A program made the position numbers and the translations under genes. From assembly GCA_964016885.1 (NCBI GenBank), contig OZ024756.1, positions 17,856,001 through 17,920,000 of the forward strand: a DNA stretch of 64,000 bases. Direction: 5' to 3'. Origin of the DNA: Eledone cirrhosa (Eukaryota). Positions 14,166 through 26,745 of the stretch are shown in pieces; position 1 is the stretch's first letter; every line of letters begins with the position of its first letter. The notes below the pieces were generated by a model, which was not told the DNA's origin, did no database searches, and saw nothing but the letters and a program-made list of their open reading frames with translations.

Positions 14166-14655
14166 AACGGTTAGACGGGAGTTGTCCCACTTGAAGCAAG
14201 GTTGGTCGGGTGACCGTGTCTCACTCATATAGGACTATCTGGCAGGTTTTCTACGGCTGGATGCCCTCCCTAACACCAATATATAGGGACTATTAAATCT
14301 CTCCCAAGGTAACTCTCTCTTGTGTTGTTATTTTTATTTTATCCTTTATACTCTTCCCTTCATTCTACACATCTCACACACCACGCATCTCAACGTACAC
14401 CCACTTACATCTCTCTCTCCACCACCGGACCTTGTTACCCGGAGATTTACCCATTTGCATTGTCGAGGCTTCCAAACGACTTAAAGATATTTACTTATTG
14501 TTCCACAATGCTTCAAGCAAACTTCAATACTCTCTTACCAATATATATATATATATATATGCGCCCCACCCTTGCAGCAGGGAAAAGCTGATGTAAAATG
14601 ATGATGAGGATGATATCCATAAATGGTACATAAATGGTACATAAATGGTACATAC

Positions 14656-14832
14656 AAGGCATGACTGTTCTTAAGAGGTAATCCTTTTCCCTTTGATTTT
14701 CAATCCACAGTAGAGTCATGTTATCGTGACAACATGATCCTTTTGCAACTGATCCAGTTGCTGCTGTAAGTACGTAGAAACAATGTCTTCCATCATAGAA
14801 TGAAAATTGACTGTTTTTGTGTGGACAATTTT
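14656..14832 (-). CDS. CTLD-EGF gene exon 3, N-terminal half of C-type lectin domain
   Basis: tttgcag acceptor and gtatgt donor; 177 nt, phase 1-1; (E)NCPHKNSQFSFYDGRHCFYVLTAATGSVAKGSCCHDNMTLLWIENQREKDYLLRTVMP, with long-form CTLD CP...CFY and L..I....E..YL patterns. Confidence 0.85.
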
Positions 14833-14883
14833 CTGCAAAGAAATTGGAGGAAAATATTCAAAATGGAGTGAGTTAGCCAGAAA

Positions 14884-16328
14884 AGTATGTATAGAAGTAG
14901 TAACAATGTTTTCCAGAGAAGTATGCGTGGACACTGCCTCTGTAGTGACTGTATAGAAGTAGTAACAATGTTTTCCAGAGAAGTATGCGTGGACACTGCC
15001 TCTGTAGTGACTGTATAGAAGTAGTAACAATGTTTTCCAGAGAAGTATGCGTGGACACTGCCTCTGTAGAGACTGTATAGAAGTAGTAACAATGTTTTCC
15101 AGAGAAGTATGCGTGGACACTGCCTCTGTAGTGACTGTATAGAAGTAGTAACAATGTTTTCCAGAGAAGTATGCGTGGACACTGCCTCTGTAGAGACTGT
15201 ATAGAAGTAGTAACAATGTTTTCCAGAGAAGTATGCGTGGACACTGCCTCTGTAGTGACTGTATAGAAGTAGTAACAATGTTTTCCAGAGAAGTATGCGT
15301 GGACACTGCCTCTGTAGAGACTGTATAGAAGTAGTAACAATGTTTTCCAGAGAAGTATGCGTGGACACTGCCTCTGTAGAGACTGTATAGAAGTAGTAAC
15401 AATGTTTTCCAGAGAAGTATGCGTGGACACTGCTTCTGTAGAGACTGTATAGAAGTAGTAACAATGTTTTCCAGAGAAGTATGCGTGGACACTGCCTCTG
15501 TAGTGACTGTATAGAAGTAGTAACGATGTTTTCCAGAGAAGTATGCGTGGACACTGCCTCTGTAGAGACTGTATAGAAGTAGTAACAATGTTTTCCAGAG
15601 AAGTATGCGTGGACACTGCCTCTGTAGAGACTGTATAGAAGTAGTAACAATGTTTTCCAGAGAAGTATGCGTGGACACTGCCTCTGTAGAGACTGTATAG
15701 AAGTAGTAACAATGTTTTCCAGAGAAGTATGCGTGGACACTGCCTCTGTAGTGACTGTATAGAAGTAGTAACAATGTTTTCCAGAGAAGTATGCGTGGAC
15801 ACTGCCTCTGTAGTGACTGTATAGAAGTAGTAACAATGTTTTCCAGAGAAGTATGCGTGGACACTGCCTCTGTAGTGACTATATAGAAGTAGTAATAATT
15901 GTTTCTACTTTAGGCACAAGGCCAGCAATTACCAAGTACATTACTGGTACTTTATTTTATCGACCCCGTAAGGATGAAAAGCAAAGTTAACCTCGGCGAG
16001 ATTTGAACTCAGACTGTAAAGGGACGTAACTATGCTAGAAAGCATGGCGTCCGACCCTCTACTGATACTGCCAATCCACCCAGAGAAGTATGCGCGGATA
16101 CTGCCTCTTTAGTGACTGTATAGAAGTAGTAACAATGTTTTCCAGAGAAGTATGCGCGGACACTGCCTCTGTGTTGACTGTATAGAAGTAGAAACAATGT
16201 CCTCCAGAAAAGTATGCGCGGACACTGCCTCTGTAATGACTGTATAGAATAGTAACAATGTCGTCCAGAGAAGTATGCACGGACACTGCCTCTGTAGCAA
16301 TAGAGTATAGAAGTAGTTACAATGTTTC
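14884..16328. repeat. 62-bp minisatellite: ~16 homogeneous units, a SINE (15895-16080), then ~4 diverged units
   Basis: Unit gtatagaagtagtaacaatgttttccagagaagtatgcgtggacactgcctctgtag(t/a)gact. Confidence 0.95.
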
Positions 16329-16507
16329 TGTGTGTGTGTGAGAGAGAGTGTGTGTGAGTGTGTGTGTGTGAAAGAGTGTGTGTTTGCAAGCATGTTTATG
16401 TGTTTCTCATACAGACACAAGAAGAAGAAGAAGAAGAAGAAGAAACGACTTTCAATTATTTTAAAACCTGGATCAGTGTGAAGGGCCAACAGGTTGGGGA
16501 AAGGGGA

Positions 16508-18851
16508 AAGATGGGTATATCAGCCCCAGTACTTAAAGATAGGTATATCAACCCCAGTACTTAAAGATGGGTATATCAACCGCGGTACTTAAAGATGGGT
16601 ATATCAGCCCCAGTACTTAAAGATGGGTATATCAACCCCGGTACTTAAAGATGGGTCTCTCAGCCCCAGTACTTAAAGATGGGTATATCAGCCCCAGTAC
16701 TTAAAGATGGGTATATCAGCCCCAGTACTTAAAGATGGGTATATCAGCCCCAGTACTTAAAGGTAGGTATATCAGCCCCAGTACTTAAAGATAGGTATAT
16801 CAGCCCCAGTACTTAAAGATAGGTATATCAGCCCCAGTACTTAAAGATGGGTATATCAGCCCCAGTACTTAAAGATGGGTATATCAGCCCCAGTACTTAA
16901 AGATAGGTATATCAGCCCCGGTACTTAAAGATGGGTATATCAGCCCCAGTACGCAAAGATAGGTATATCAACCCAGTACTTAAAGATGGGTATATCAGCC
17001 CCAGTACTTAAAGATGGGTATATCAGCCCCAGTACTTAAAGATGGGTATATCAGCCCAGTACTTAAAGATGGGTATATCAGCCCCAGTACTTAAAGATAG
17101 GTATATCAACCCAGTACTTAAAGATGGGTATATCAGCCCCAGTACTTAAAGATGGGTATATCAGCCCCAGTACTTAAAGATGGGTATATCAGCCCCAGTA
17201 CTTAAAGATAGGTATATCAGCCCCAGTACTTAAAGATGGGTATATCAGCCCCAGTACTTAAAGATGGGTATATCAGCCCCAGTACTTAAAGATAGGTATA
17301 TCAACCCAGTACTTAAAGATGGGTATATCAGTCCCAGTACTTAAAGATGGGTATATCAGCCCCAGTACTTAAAGATGGGTATATCAGCCCCAGTACTTAA
17401 AGATAGGTATATCAGCCCCAGTACTTAAAGATGGGTATATCAGCCCCAGTACTTAAAGATGGGTATATCAGCCCCAGTACTTAAAGATGGGTATATCAGC
17501 CCCGGTACTTAAAGATGGGTCTCTCAGCCCCAGTACTTAAAGATGGGTATATCAGCCCCAGTACTTAAAGATGGGTATATCAGCCCCAGTACTTAAAGAT
17601 GGGTATATCAGCCCCAGTACTTAAAGATGGGTATATCAACCCCGGTACTTAAAGATGGGTCTCTCAGCCCCAGTACTTAAAGATGGGTATATCAGCCCCA
17701 GTACTTAAAGATGGGTATATCAGCCCCAGTACTTAAAGATGGGTATATCAACCCCAGTACTTAAAGATGGGTATATCAGCCCCAGTACTTAAAGATGGGT
17801 ATATCAACCCCGGTACTTAAAGATGGGTCTCTCAGCCCCAGTACTTAAAGATGGGTATATCAGCCCCAGTACTTAAAGATGGGTATATCAGCCCCAGTAC
17901 TTAAAGATGGGTATATCAGCCCCAGTACTTAAAGATGGGTATATCAACCCCGGTACTTAAAGATTGGTCTCTCAGCTCCAGTACTTAAAGATGGGTATAT
18001 CAGCCCCAGTACTTAAAGGTAGGTATATCAGCCCCAGTACTTAAAGGTAGGTATATCAGCCCCAGTACTTAAAGATAGGTATATCAGCCCCAGTACTTAA
18101 AGATGGGTATATCAGCCCCAGTACTTAAAGATAGGTATATCAACCCAGTACTTAAAGATGGGTATATCAGCCCCAGTACTTAAAGATGGGTATATCAGCC
18201 CCAGTACTTAAAGATGGGTATATCAGCCCCAGTACTTAAAGGTAGGTATATCAGCCCCAGTACTTAAAGATGGGTATATCAGCCCCAGTACTTAAAGATG
18301 GGTATATCAGCCCCAGTACTTAAAGATGGGTATATCAGCCCCAGTACTTAAAGATAGGTATATCAACCCAGTACTTAAAGATGGGTATATCAGCCCCAGT
18401 ACTTAAAGATGGGTATATCAGCCCCAGTACTTAAAGATGGGTATATCAGCCCCAGTACTTAAAGATGGGTATATCAGCCCCAGTACTTAAAGATAGGTAT
18501 ATCAGCCCAGTACTTAAAGATGGGTATATCAGCCCAGTACTTAAAGATGGGTATATCAGCCCCAGTACTTAAAGATGGGTATATCAGCCCCAGTACTTAA
18601 AGATGGGTATATCAGCCCCAGTACTTAAAGATAGGTATATCAGCCCCAGTACTTAAAGATGGGTATATCAGCCCCAGTACTTAAAGATGGGTATATCAGC
18701 CCCAGTACTTAAAGATAGGTATATCAAGCCAGTACTTAAAGATGGGTATATCAGCCCCAGTACTTAAAGATAGGTATATCAGCCCCAGTACTTAAAGATA
18801 GGTATATCAGCCCCAGTACTTAAAGATGGGTATATCAACCCAGTACTTAAA
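16508..18851. repeat. 28-bp minisatellite, ~83 copies
   Basis: Unit cttaaagatgggtatatcagccccagta. Confidence 0.97.
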
Positions 18852-19014
18852 TGGTACTTTATTTTATTGATTCTAGAAGGACGAAAAGCAACGTTGACTT
18901 TAGTGAGATTTGAACTCATAACTAAATACTGCAAAGCATGTTTTCTGACACTCTACTGATACTGGCAACCTACTCACTGCCCTTGGGGTGGGAGACAATA
19001 AAAGATATATTTAC

Positions 19015-19085
19015 CATGTCTGGCACTTGCTACAAAATGAGAAGATAAGAGAAGCACCACTGCAAGGTGCATCAATATCAGGAAC
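19015..19085 (-). CDS. CTLD-EGF gene exon 2, signal peptide (FLILMHLAVVLLLSSHFVASARH)
   Basis: ttttcag acceptor and gtaaat donor; 71 nt, phase 2 to 1; hydrophobic core followed by an A-S-A cleavage motif. Confidence 0.8.
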
Positions 19086-19314
19086 CTGAAAATATGAAAT
19101 TCAAAATTAATTGATAAATATTTACTTCTTAAAATTCTCTAGGGAAGGGAAAGGGGCTGCTCATTAGATCAGACCAAAAAAACAATGTTTCTATGCTAGC
19201 GTGGAAGATGGACGTTAAACGATGATGATGATGGTGGTGATGGTGGTGGTGGTCTTTCCATTGCTAATATCTGTCAGTCTGTATTTGAAACTATATTTGG
19301 TAAATCTTGAATAA

Positions 19315-19850
19315 TGATTTCTAGTATAGGCACAAGGCCAGTAATTTGGGGGAGGGGAAAGTCGATTAAATCGAACCCCAGTACGTTATTACTGGTACTT
19401 TATTTTATCGATCCCATAAGGATGAAAGGCAAAGTTAACCTCAGCGGGATTTAGAATAATAATTGTTTCTACTTTAGGCACAAGGCCAGCAATTACCCAG
19501 TACATTACTGGTACTTTATTTTATCGACCCCCGTAAGGATGAAAGGCAAAGCTAACCTCGGCGGGATTTGAACTCAGATCGTAAAGGGACGTAACTATGC
19601 TGGAAAGCATGGCGTCCGACCCTCTACTGATACTGCCAATAATTGTTTCTACTTTAGGCACAAGGCCAGCAATTACCCAGTGCATTACTGGTACTTTATT
19701 TTATCGACCCCGTAAGGATGAAAGGCAAAGTCAACCTCGGCGGGATTTGAACTCAGATCGTAAAGGGACGTAACTATGCTACAAAGAATGGCGTCCGACC
19801 CTCTACCGATACTGCCAATCCACCGGACTTCTACTGATACTGCCAATAAT
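19315..19850 (-). mobile_element. Cluster of tandem family 2 SINEs
   Basis: Three head-to-tail copies. Confidence 0.8.
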
Positions 19851-20071
19851 AATGAATAATTTGCTTCACGTGTAATTATTTTTAACACAATAGGATTTTG
19901 TACATATGATGCATAGCTTTGTGTATTGTTTATTATAATAAATTACTGCTTTTCAGCTGTTTTAACTTCTCTACCTACTTCTTTCCAGTTTTTATATTAA
20001 AAAACGAAACTTTATATATATAGATATACACACACACACACAATCATCATCATCATCATCACCATCACCGC

Positions 20072-20102
<31 letters not shown>

Positions 20103-20785
20103 ATCGTCATCATCATCATCATCATCATTTTACGTCCGCTTTTCCCTGCTTGCAAGGGTGGAACGGCAACTGATTCTGGCTTGATTTCTACAGCTGGATG
20201 CCCTTCCTAACACCAACCTCATTTACAGTGAATGCTGGGTGCTTTTTTGCCGTGACACTTCCACGACCACTTTGCAGTGGAATGATATGGATCCCAGTCC
20301 CTATCATCTCATTTCTACAGCTGAGTAAACTGGAGCAATGTGAAATAAAGTGTCTTGCTCACGGAAACAACACATCACAACCTTTCGATTGCAAGGCCAA
20401 TGCTCTAACCACTAAGCCATGTGCCTCCATATATATATATATATATGGAGGCACAGGGTCCAGGTCTGTTTATATCATTTATTTTGTTTGACCTGTTTAG
20501 CTTGACTTGTTTTTTGGCTTGGGTGGTTTAATGCTTCTTGACCACTTTTCAGTTTGTATGGCGTTTTAACATATTGTTTAGCTCTAGTTTTTCTTAACTA
20601 TTGGAGCGCTTGCCAGCATTTCTACGATTTTGCATTTCGTTTCGCTTTTTCTACTACCCGAAATGCGTTTCTTGCTGAATATATATTTATATATATATAT
20701 ATATATATATACATACTTTATAAATAACAATCAAAGAGTGTTTAAAACATTTAATCACTCACGATCGTTTCATCCTATGTATATG

Positions 20786-20826
<41 letters not shown>

Positions 20827-20889
20827 TTAATATAGATGAGATTCTACAGGACTAGAACTGTTTCATTCTTTAGAAATCATCAGGAATCC

Positions 20890-20942
20890 GAGATTCCTGA
20901 TGATTTCTAAAGAATGAAACAGTTCTAGTCCTGTAGAATCTC
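20890..20942 (+). ncRNA. Type-I hammerhead ribozyme motif (family A)
   Basis: Stem I GAGATTC/GAATCTC; CTGATGA; stem II T-TTC-TAAA-GAA-T; GAAA; stem III ACAG/CTGT; GUA cleavage triplet ending at 20935. Confidence 0.8.
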
Positions 20943-21222
20943 ATCTATATTAAAACTTTTATACTCTGCAATGTATTGAGTACCTTACTTACTGTGGTTA
21001 CCTCCGAATCAACCCGGAATAACGTATATATATATATATATATATATGGCTTCTACAAGGCTAGAACTGTTTCATTCAAAGGAAATCATCATGAAAGCTG
21101 ACTGTCATTGTGATATGGTGGTATTCTTTAAATCCATCGGCCAATGACTTCCATCCATCCCAATCACCACCTACCACTACCAACAGAAAATGTATAAATA
21201 CCACCATATCACAATGACAGTC

Positions 21223-21274
21223 GGCTTTCCTGATGATTTCCTTCGAATGAAATAGTTCTAGTCCTGTAGAAGCC
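21223..21274 (+). ncRNA. Hammerhead motif, family A variant
   Basis: GGCTTTC CTGATGA T-TTC-CTTC-GAA-T GAAA TAG..CTG TA GAAGCC. Stem I differs from the 20890 copy but remains complementary. Confidence 0.7.
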
Positions 21275-22235
21275 ATTTTCTATATTTATACTCTGCTATG
21301 TATTGAGTACCTTACTTACTGTGGTTACCCCCGATTGAACCCGGGATACACGCACACACACACACACACATATATATATATACGCACACACATATAAACA
21401 CACATATAAAGTGTCTTAGTGGTTAGAGCATTGGCCTTGCAATCGAAAGGTTGTGATGTGTTGTTTCCTTGAGCAAGACACTTTATTTCACTTTATTTCA
21501 CATTGCTCCAGTTTACTCAGCTGTAGAAATGAGATGATCGGGACAGCATGCAGCTGTAGAAATCAAGCCAGAATCAGTTCACGTCCCACCCTTGCAAGCA
21601 GGGAAAAGCGGACGTAAAATGATGATGATATATATAAGACCCATTTTGATCACAAATGACCATGGATTTTGCACCTAGAACTTACCCCTTCAAGGCAGAA
21701 ACATGAGGAAGGTGTGTTTTTGTGGAAGATCAGCAGTTGCCCATACATAACAGTCTCCCTTCTCCATGCTCCCCAATCTTATCCAAAGCAAAGGTAATAA
21801 CTGATACAGCTTGGCACCAGTGACATAGCAACATATATATATTTACATACCAAATATACACTATATATACACTACATATACAAGGTCTTGCAGATAAATT
21901 GAGACCAATTTTAAGCAGTTGACTTAGTGGGTTTAACATTTCATTTTTTGACAAAACCTTGCTTGCTTGAAAATCTAATCCTCCTCTTTATTTTTCAGGT
22001 AAATAGTGAACTGATTAGACAACAGAAAGTCATAAAACAACAGAATCATTCTGCCATTGTTGTTTTGGAATGCGCCAGGGACACTGCCAATAAAATTAAG
22101 TTGCGAAACTTCGAAAAGCAACAGTTTATCATGTGCATAAACTATTTAAAGAAGAGGGAAAAAATGATAGGAAGGAACACAAGACTCAAAGTGATTCAAA
22201 GTTTCTCGCTGGCCTCAAATACTCACTTGAAGCCA

Positions 22236-22445
22236 ACCCTGTACCCCCGGCAGTGGACACTTCTGGTGTCCTCGGCCCCAGGGCTACCTCCTTACTCACC
22301 ACCATAGGCGCTGAGCTGGTCAGCCGCAGGTGTGAGCCCCGCGAGTTGGAGTGGCTTTTCCAGAGCGTCTCCCTTGCCGTCCTCCGGGGAAACGCCTTCT
22401 CCATTCTGTCCGCCAGGGCTGTGGGTGGGCCCCATCGCGTACCGT
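22236..22445 (+). mobile_element. CRE-like element 3' end
   Basis: GC-rich; AVDTSGVLGP...EPRELEWLFQSVSLAVLRGNAFSIL resembles the C-terminus of the RLE domain; shares GGGAAACGCCTTCTC with ~58962. Confidence 0.6.
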
Positions 22446-22891
22446 TGTAGTTGTTGTATACAGATATTATCTCATCAATCCGACTAATAGTCTAACATAT
22501 TTATGGAGAAAAACTCTGCATTTCAATATCCATGACAACTCTTGCAAAGAAATGCAATGTGTCCCTTTCCACAGTGTCCAGAGCTGTGGACAGGAACCTT
22601 GGCATGACTAGCTATGTTCGACAACACCGTCACCTCCTATGATGTTGTGCAAGGAAAAATTGAAAATGATTCTCATTCTAGGAAGCAATACCATTATTGA
22701 GGCACAGCATATGAACTATGTTATGGGTACACGTGTCTGGGGAATGCTCAGCCACTTACACATTCGCTTCATGAGAAGGTCTAACAACATATACACCATC
22801 ACTAGATAAAAGATGTTTATGGCTGGAATCCCATGAATTTGGCCTCAGGTTTACTTGATTAGAGCAGATATAGGGCAAAACAATGACAGCA

Positions 22892-23849
22892 TTAATCCTT
22901 TAGCATTTACATTATTCTATATATACTATTGCATTTTCACAGTAAAGGCTTTACCTTACATAATTATCTCACATAATATCTCACATAGCATTTACATTAT
23001 TCTATATATACTATTGTATTTTCACAACAAAGGCTTTACCTTACATAATTATCTCACATAATATCTCACATAGAATTTACATTACTTTATATATACTATT
23101 GTATTTTCACAGTAAAGGCTTTACCTTACATAATTATCTCACATAATATCTCACATAGCATTTACATTATTCTATATATACTATTGTATTTTCACAACAA
23201 AGGCTTTACCTTACATAATTATCTCACATAATATCTCACATAAAATTTACATTACTTTATATATACTATTGTATTTTCACAACAAAGGCTTTACCTTACA
23301 TAATTCTCTCACATAATATCTCACATAGAATTTACATTACTTTATATATACTATTGTATTTTCACAGTAAAGGCTTTACCTTACATAATTATCTCACATA
23401 ATATCTCACATAACATTTACATTACTTTATATATACTATTGTATTTTCACAGCAAAGGCTTTACCTTAAAATCTCATATAGCATTTACATTATTCTATAT
23501 ATACTATTGTATTTTCACAGCAAAGGCTTTACCTTACATAATTATCTCACATAAAATCTCACATAGCATTTACATTACTCTATATAAACTATTTTCACAG
23601 ACAAGGCTTTATCTCACATAATCTCTCACATAGTATTTAGATTATTCTATATTTACTATTGTTTTTCACAGTAATGGCTATATCTTACATAATCATCTCA
23701 CATAATATCAAATCCATCAGATTTTGATATTGTTTATTTTGAGAACAATACCTTAACGTTAATATGAGTAGTCGGTTATGGCTGGTTTAAACAGAAAGAG
23801 GTGAGAGGGCTCTGGGCGGATATGGCCGGTTAAAATACTAAAGGGTTAA
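22892..23849. mobile_element. piggyBac-type MITE expanded by an internal ~85-bp tandem array
   Basis: Both TTAA-flanked termini are present; about 9 tandem copies of the subterminal segment at 22901-23700. Confidence 0.8.
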
Positions 23850-24535
23850 AACACAAAACTGAGAAAAGCATGCAAGGCAATAAACGTTGGGTGTATGCAA
23901 ATCCATCACCTAGTTTCACCCCTTTCATACCAAATTGTCTGAAACCAACCCTAGTTCTACCATACAGAATGTTTTAAAGTGTTTATATTTATCTATATTA
24001 CTAAATCCTCCCAAACTCTTGATTCGTTTCAAAATTAATTAAAAATTGCATGTAGTGTTGTATTTTTTAAATATGGTCATGAAAGAGTTAAAGTGTTTAC
24101 GTTTATCTAAAAACCTTCCAACATAATTTTATGTGAGAACTTCTATTAAGTTATGTTCCAGGCACCAGAAATATACTGAAAAAATTATATTAGTAAATCC
24201 CTCCAAATTCTTGATTATTTTCAAAATTAATTAAAATTCTTATGCAGTGTTTTTTTTTTTAAATAAGGTAACGAGAGGGTTAAAGTGTCTATAACTATCT
24301 AAAAAACATTCCAACATAATTTTATGTGAGAACTTTTGTTAAGCTATGTTCCAAACAACGGCTTAATACTGTGAGATCTTCTGTTCCAAATTTGGAATTA
24401 CTTTAAAAATTGTTTTTAAAAAATCATTGGTAGTGAGGTTTTTCAACAGAAATATGGCGCTAGAGTAAAAGAATTGACATCAGAACGTGGCACTTGGGTG
24501 TAATAGACAATATACAGACTAAACAACATCCTTAC

Positions 24536-24552
24536 CTATTCGTTGCCACCAT
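24536..24552 (-). CDS. CTLD-EGF gene exon 1 (MVATN-R)
   Basis: aaacATG GTG GCA ACG AAT AG|gtaagg. The phase-2 donor matches the phase-2 start of the next exon. Confidence 0.75.
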
Positions 24553-24603
24553 GTTTGCTTTCCGAAGCAGAGACTGGACTGTGCATATGGTCCGGGAGGG
24601 CTA

Positions 24604-24610
24604 TTTTATA
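24604..24610 (-). promoter_or_regulatory. TATA box of the CTLD-EGF gene
   Basis: Minus strand gcTATAAAAtag lies 30 nt upstream of an Inr-like cacAGTC (A at 24580) and 58 nt upstream of the ATG at 24552. Confidence 0.7.
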
Positions 24611-24834
24611 GCTACCTGGTACCAAAAAGCACAATAATTGAAAGACAGCATCTTTCAAAACATGCCATAAAAATGTCAACAAGTTTGGCCTCCACAACAA
24701 TAACTCTACCATTGTTGACATTCCAATAATGGCACACTCCCAATATTACGAAAATGTTTTCAACTTTCTTTCTTTATTATTTTCTTTTTTTTTTTTATGT
24801 TTTAATTCTTTAATGTTCAATACATTGTTAATTG

Positions 24835-25297
24835 CCATCATCATCATCATCGCCATCATCATCACCATCATCATAATTGTTACCATCACCTTCGTCATCA
24901 TCATCATCACCATCATAATCAACATCGCCATCATCATCATCGTCGTCATCATAATTATTACCATAATCATCATCGTCATCATCATAATCATTACCATCGT
25001 CGTCATCATCATAATTATTACCATAATCATCATCGTCATCATCATAATCATTACCATCGACGTCATCATCATAATTAGTACCATAATCATCATCGTCATC
25101 ATCATAATCATTACCATCGTCATCATCATAATCATTACCATCGTCATCATCATCATAATCATAATCACCATCATCACCATCATAATTGTCACCATCATCA
25201 CCCTCACCATCATCACCCTCATCATCATCATTACCACCACCACCACCACCATCACCACCACCATCATCATCATCATCATCATCACCACCACCACCAT
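24835..25297. repeat. (CAT/CAC)n trinucleotide-rich tract just upstream of the promoter
   Basis: Seen directly; similar tracts at 1915-2072, 20043-20128 and 29020-29290. Confidence 0.95.
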
Positions 25298-25784
25298 CTT
25301 GCTCGAAGTCTACCACAGGATCTCTTGCCAGTTGGCTTTACTCATAAAATCTGTCCAATGATTCTTTCCTAAAACATTCTAACCACATGCCCAAAGAATC
25401 GGAGCTGTGATATCTCAATTCAGAGAAGTGGGGACTCTCTGATCTCTGAGGTATGCTCTTTATCAAGTAACCAAAGAACCTTTGAGGAAAAGCATCTCTT
25501 TTCCAGATACTTAGCATAGACTTTACCAGGGAGGCTTAACAACAAGATCCCTCTTCAATTGGAGCAATCTTTCTTGTCATGCTTTTTGAAAAATGGGATT
25601 ATCATTCCCAATTGCCATTGCTTAGGTGCCTTTCTAGAGATCCAGAAAATCTTCCCCCCAGAGGCCTTGCCACATTTGAACTCATTAACTAGTCTTGCAA
25701 ATTCCCCCTCTGAAAGGTTAGTCACTACTCCCAGAGATGCCTACTGACTCTAGGTTTAAGTTCATATGCAAGAGAAGGCGGATC

Positions 25785-26745
25785 TTCTGTATTACTGCAT
25801 AGCGCCAAAGATCTCGATCATGTGATATTGTCTTAGAGAGGTGCAAGAGTGCAGGTCAGCTTTTATCACCTCATTCCAGGTCTTTCTGGGTCTACCTACT
25901 CTATAGCTTCCATCAATTTTGATTGCTCTGCACTTTTTTATACAGCTGTCATCCTTCATACACATCACATGACCATACCAATGTAATCTCCTCTCTAGTA
26001 AACTGCATCTGATCCCTCTTATGCCTAATTTCTCACTTAGTTCATTTACACTTTGCCGTTCATGTACATTACTATTACACATCCATTGAAGCATGCATGC
26101 TTCATACCTTTCCAATCTGCACAGATCCTCTGCGCACAATGCCCAGGTCTCACTACCATGTAACACTGCCGTTTGTATACAAGCATCATACAATCTCCCT
26201 TTCATTTTTAGAGAGAAACTTTCTATGGCCAACAGCGGTATTAGCTCTCTGAACTTTTTCCATCCAGTTCTAACTCTGGCTACTACACTTTCAGAACACC
26301 CTCCTCCACTGCTGATTTTGTCACCCAGGTAACGGAAATGTCTACTATTTATATAAAACCATCTGGGCAGTTGAAGGAGCTAGTATCCAGTGAGCACTTG
26401 CTACTTACTGTAGCTGAGAACTGGCCACATATAAAACCTACATTCTTTGATAGCTTGCCTATGATCTCACAACATCTTTTATGTACCCATAGTTTGCATT
26501 TGGAACATAGAATAGAATTTCTACCTACTCCTTTCCTACACACTGAGCATGTCCATTTCCCAGAGGGCACCTGAGCCCTATTTTCCTTTCTACATACTAG
26601 AACTTTAGTCTTAGACAAGTTAACTTTAAGGCCTTTTGATTCTGGCCATGCTTCCATGTTTGGAATTTCTTCTCTAGTTCTGCCATAGATTCAGCTATGA
26701 GAGTTAGATCATCTGCATAGAGAAGTTCCCATGGGCAGCCAGTCT
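25785..26745 (-). mobile_element. Diverged RTE LINE fragment of the same lineage
   Basis: ORFs 26349-26657 and 25792-26232 are homologous to the RTE C-terminal region; GCPWELLYADD near 26710-26740. Confidence 0.88.

Noticed and set aside
14716-15864. Three long overlapping ORFs (309-382 aa)
   Set aside because: They result from a stop-free 62-bp repeat read in all three frames. The real exon is 14656-14832.
16508-18851. 28-bp repeat array as a CRISPR
   Set aside because: The units are directly adjacent with no unique spacers, there are no cas genes, and the context is eukaryotic.
24729-25361. Poly-Ile, poly-Met and poly-Asp ORFs (also 1903-2184 and 28846-29364)
   Set aside because: Translations of trinucleotide microsatellites with no splice or start support.
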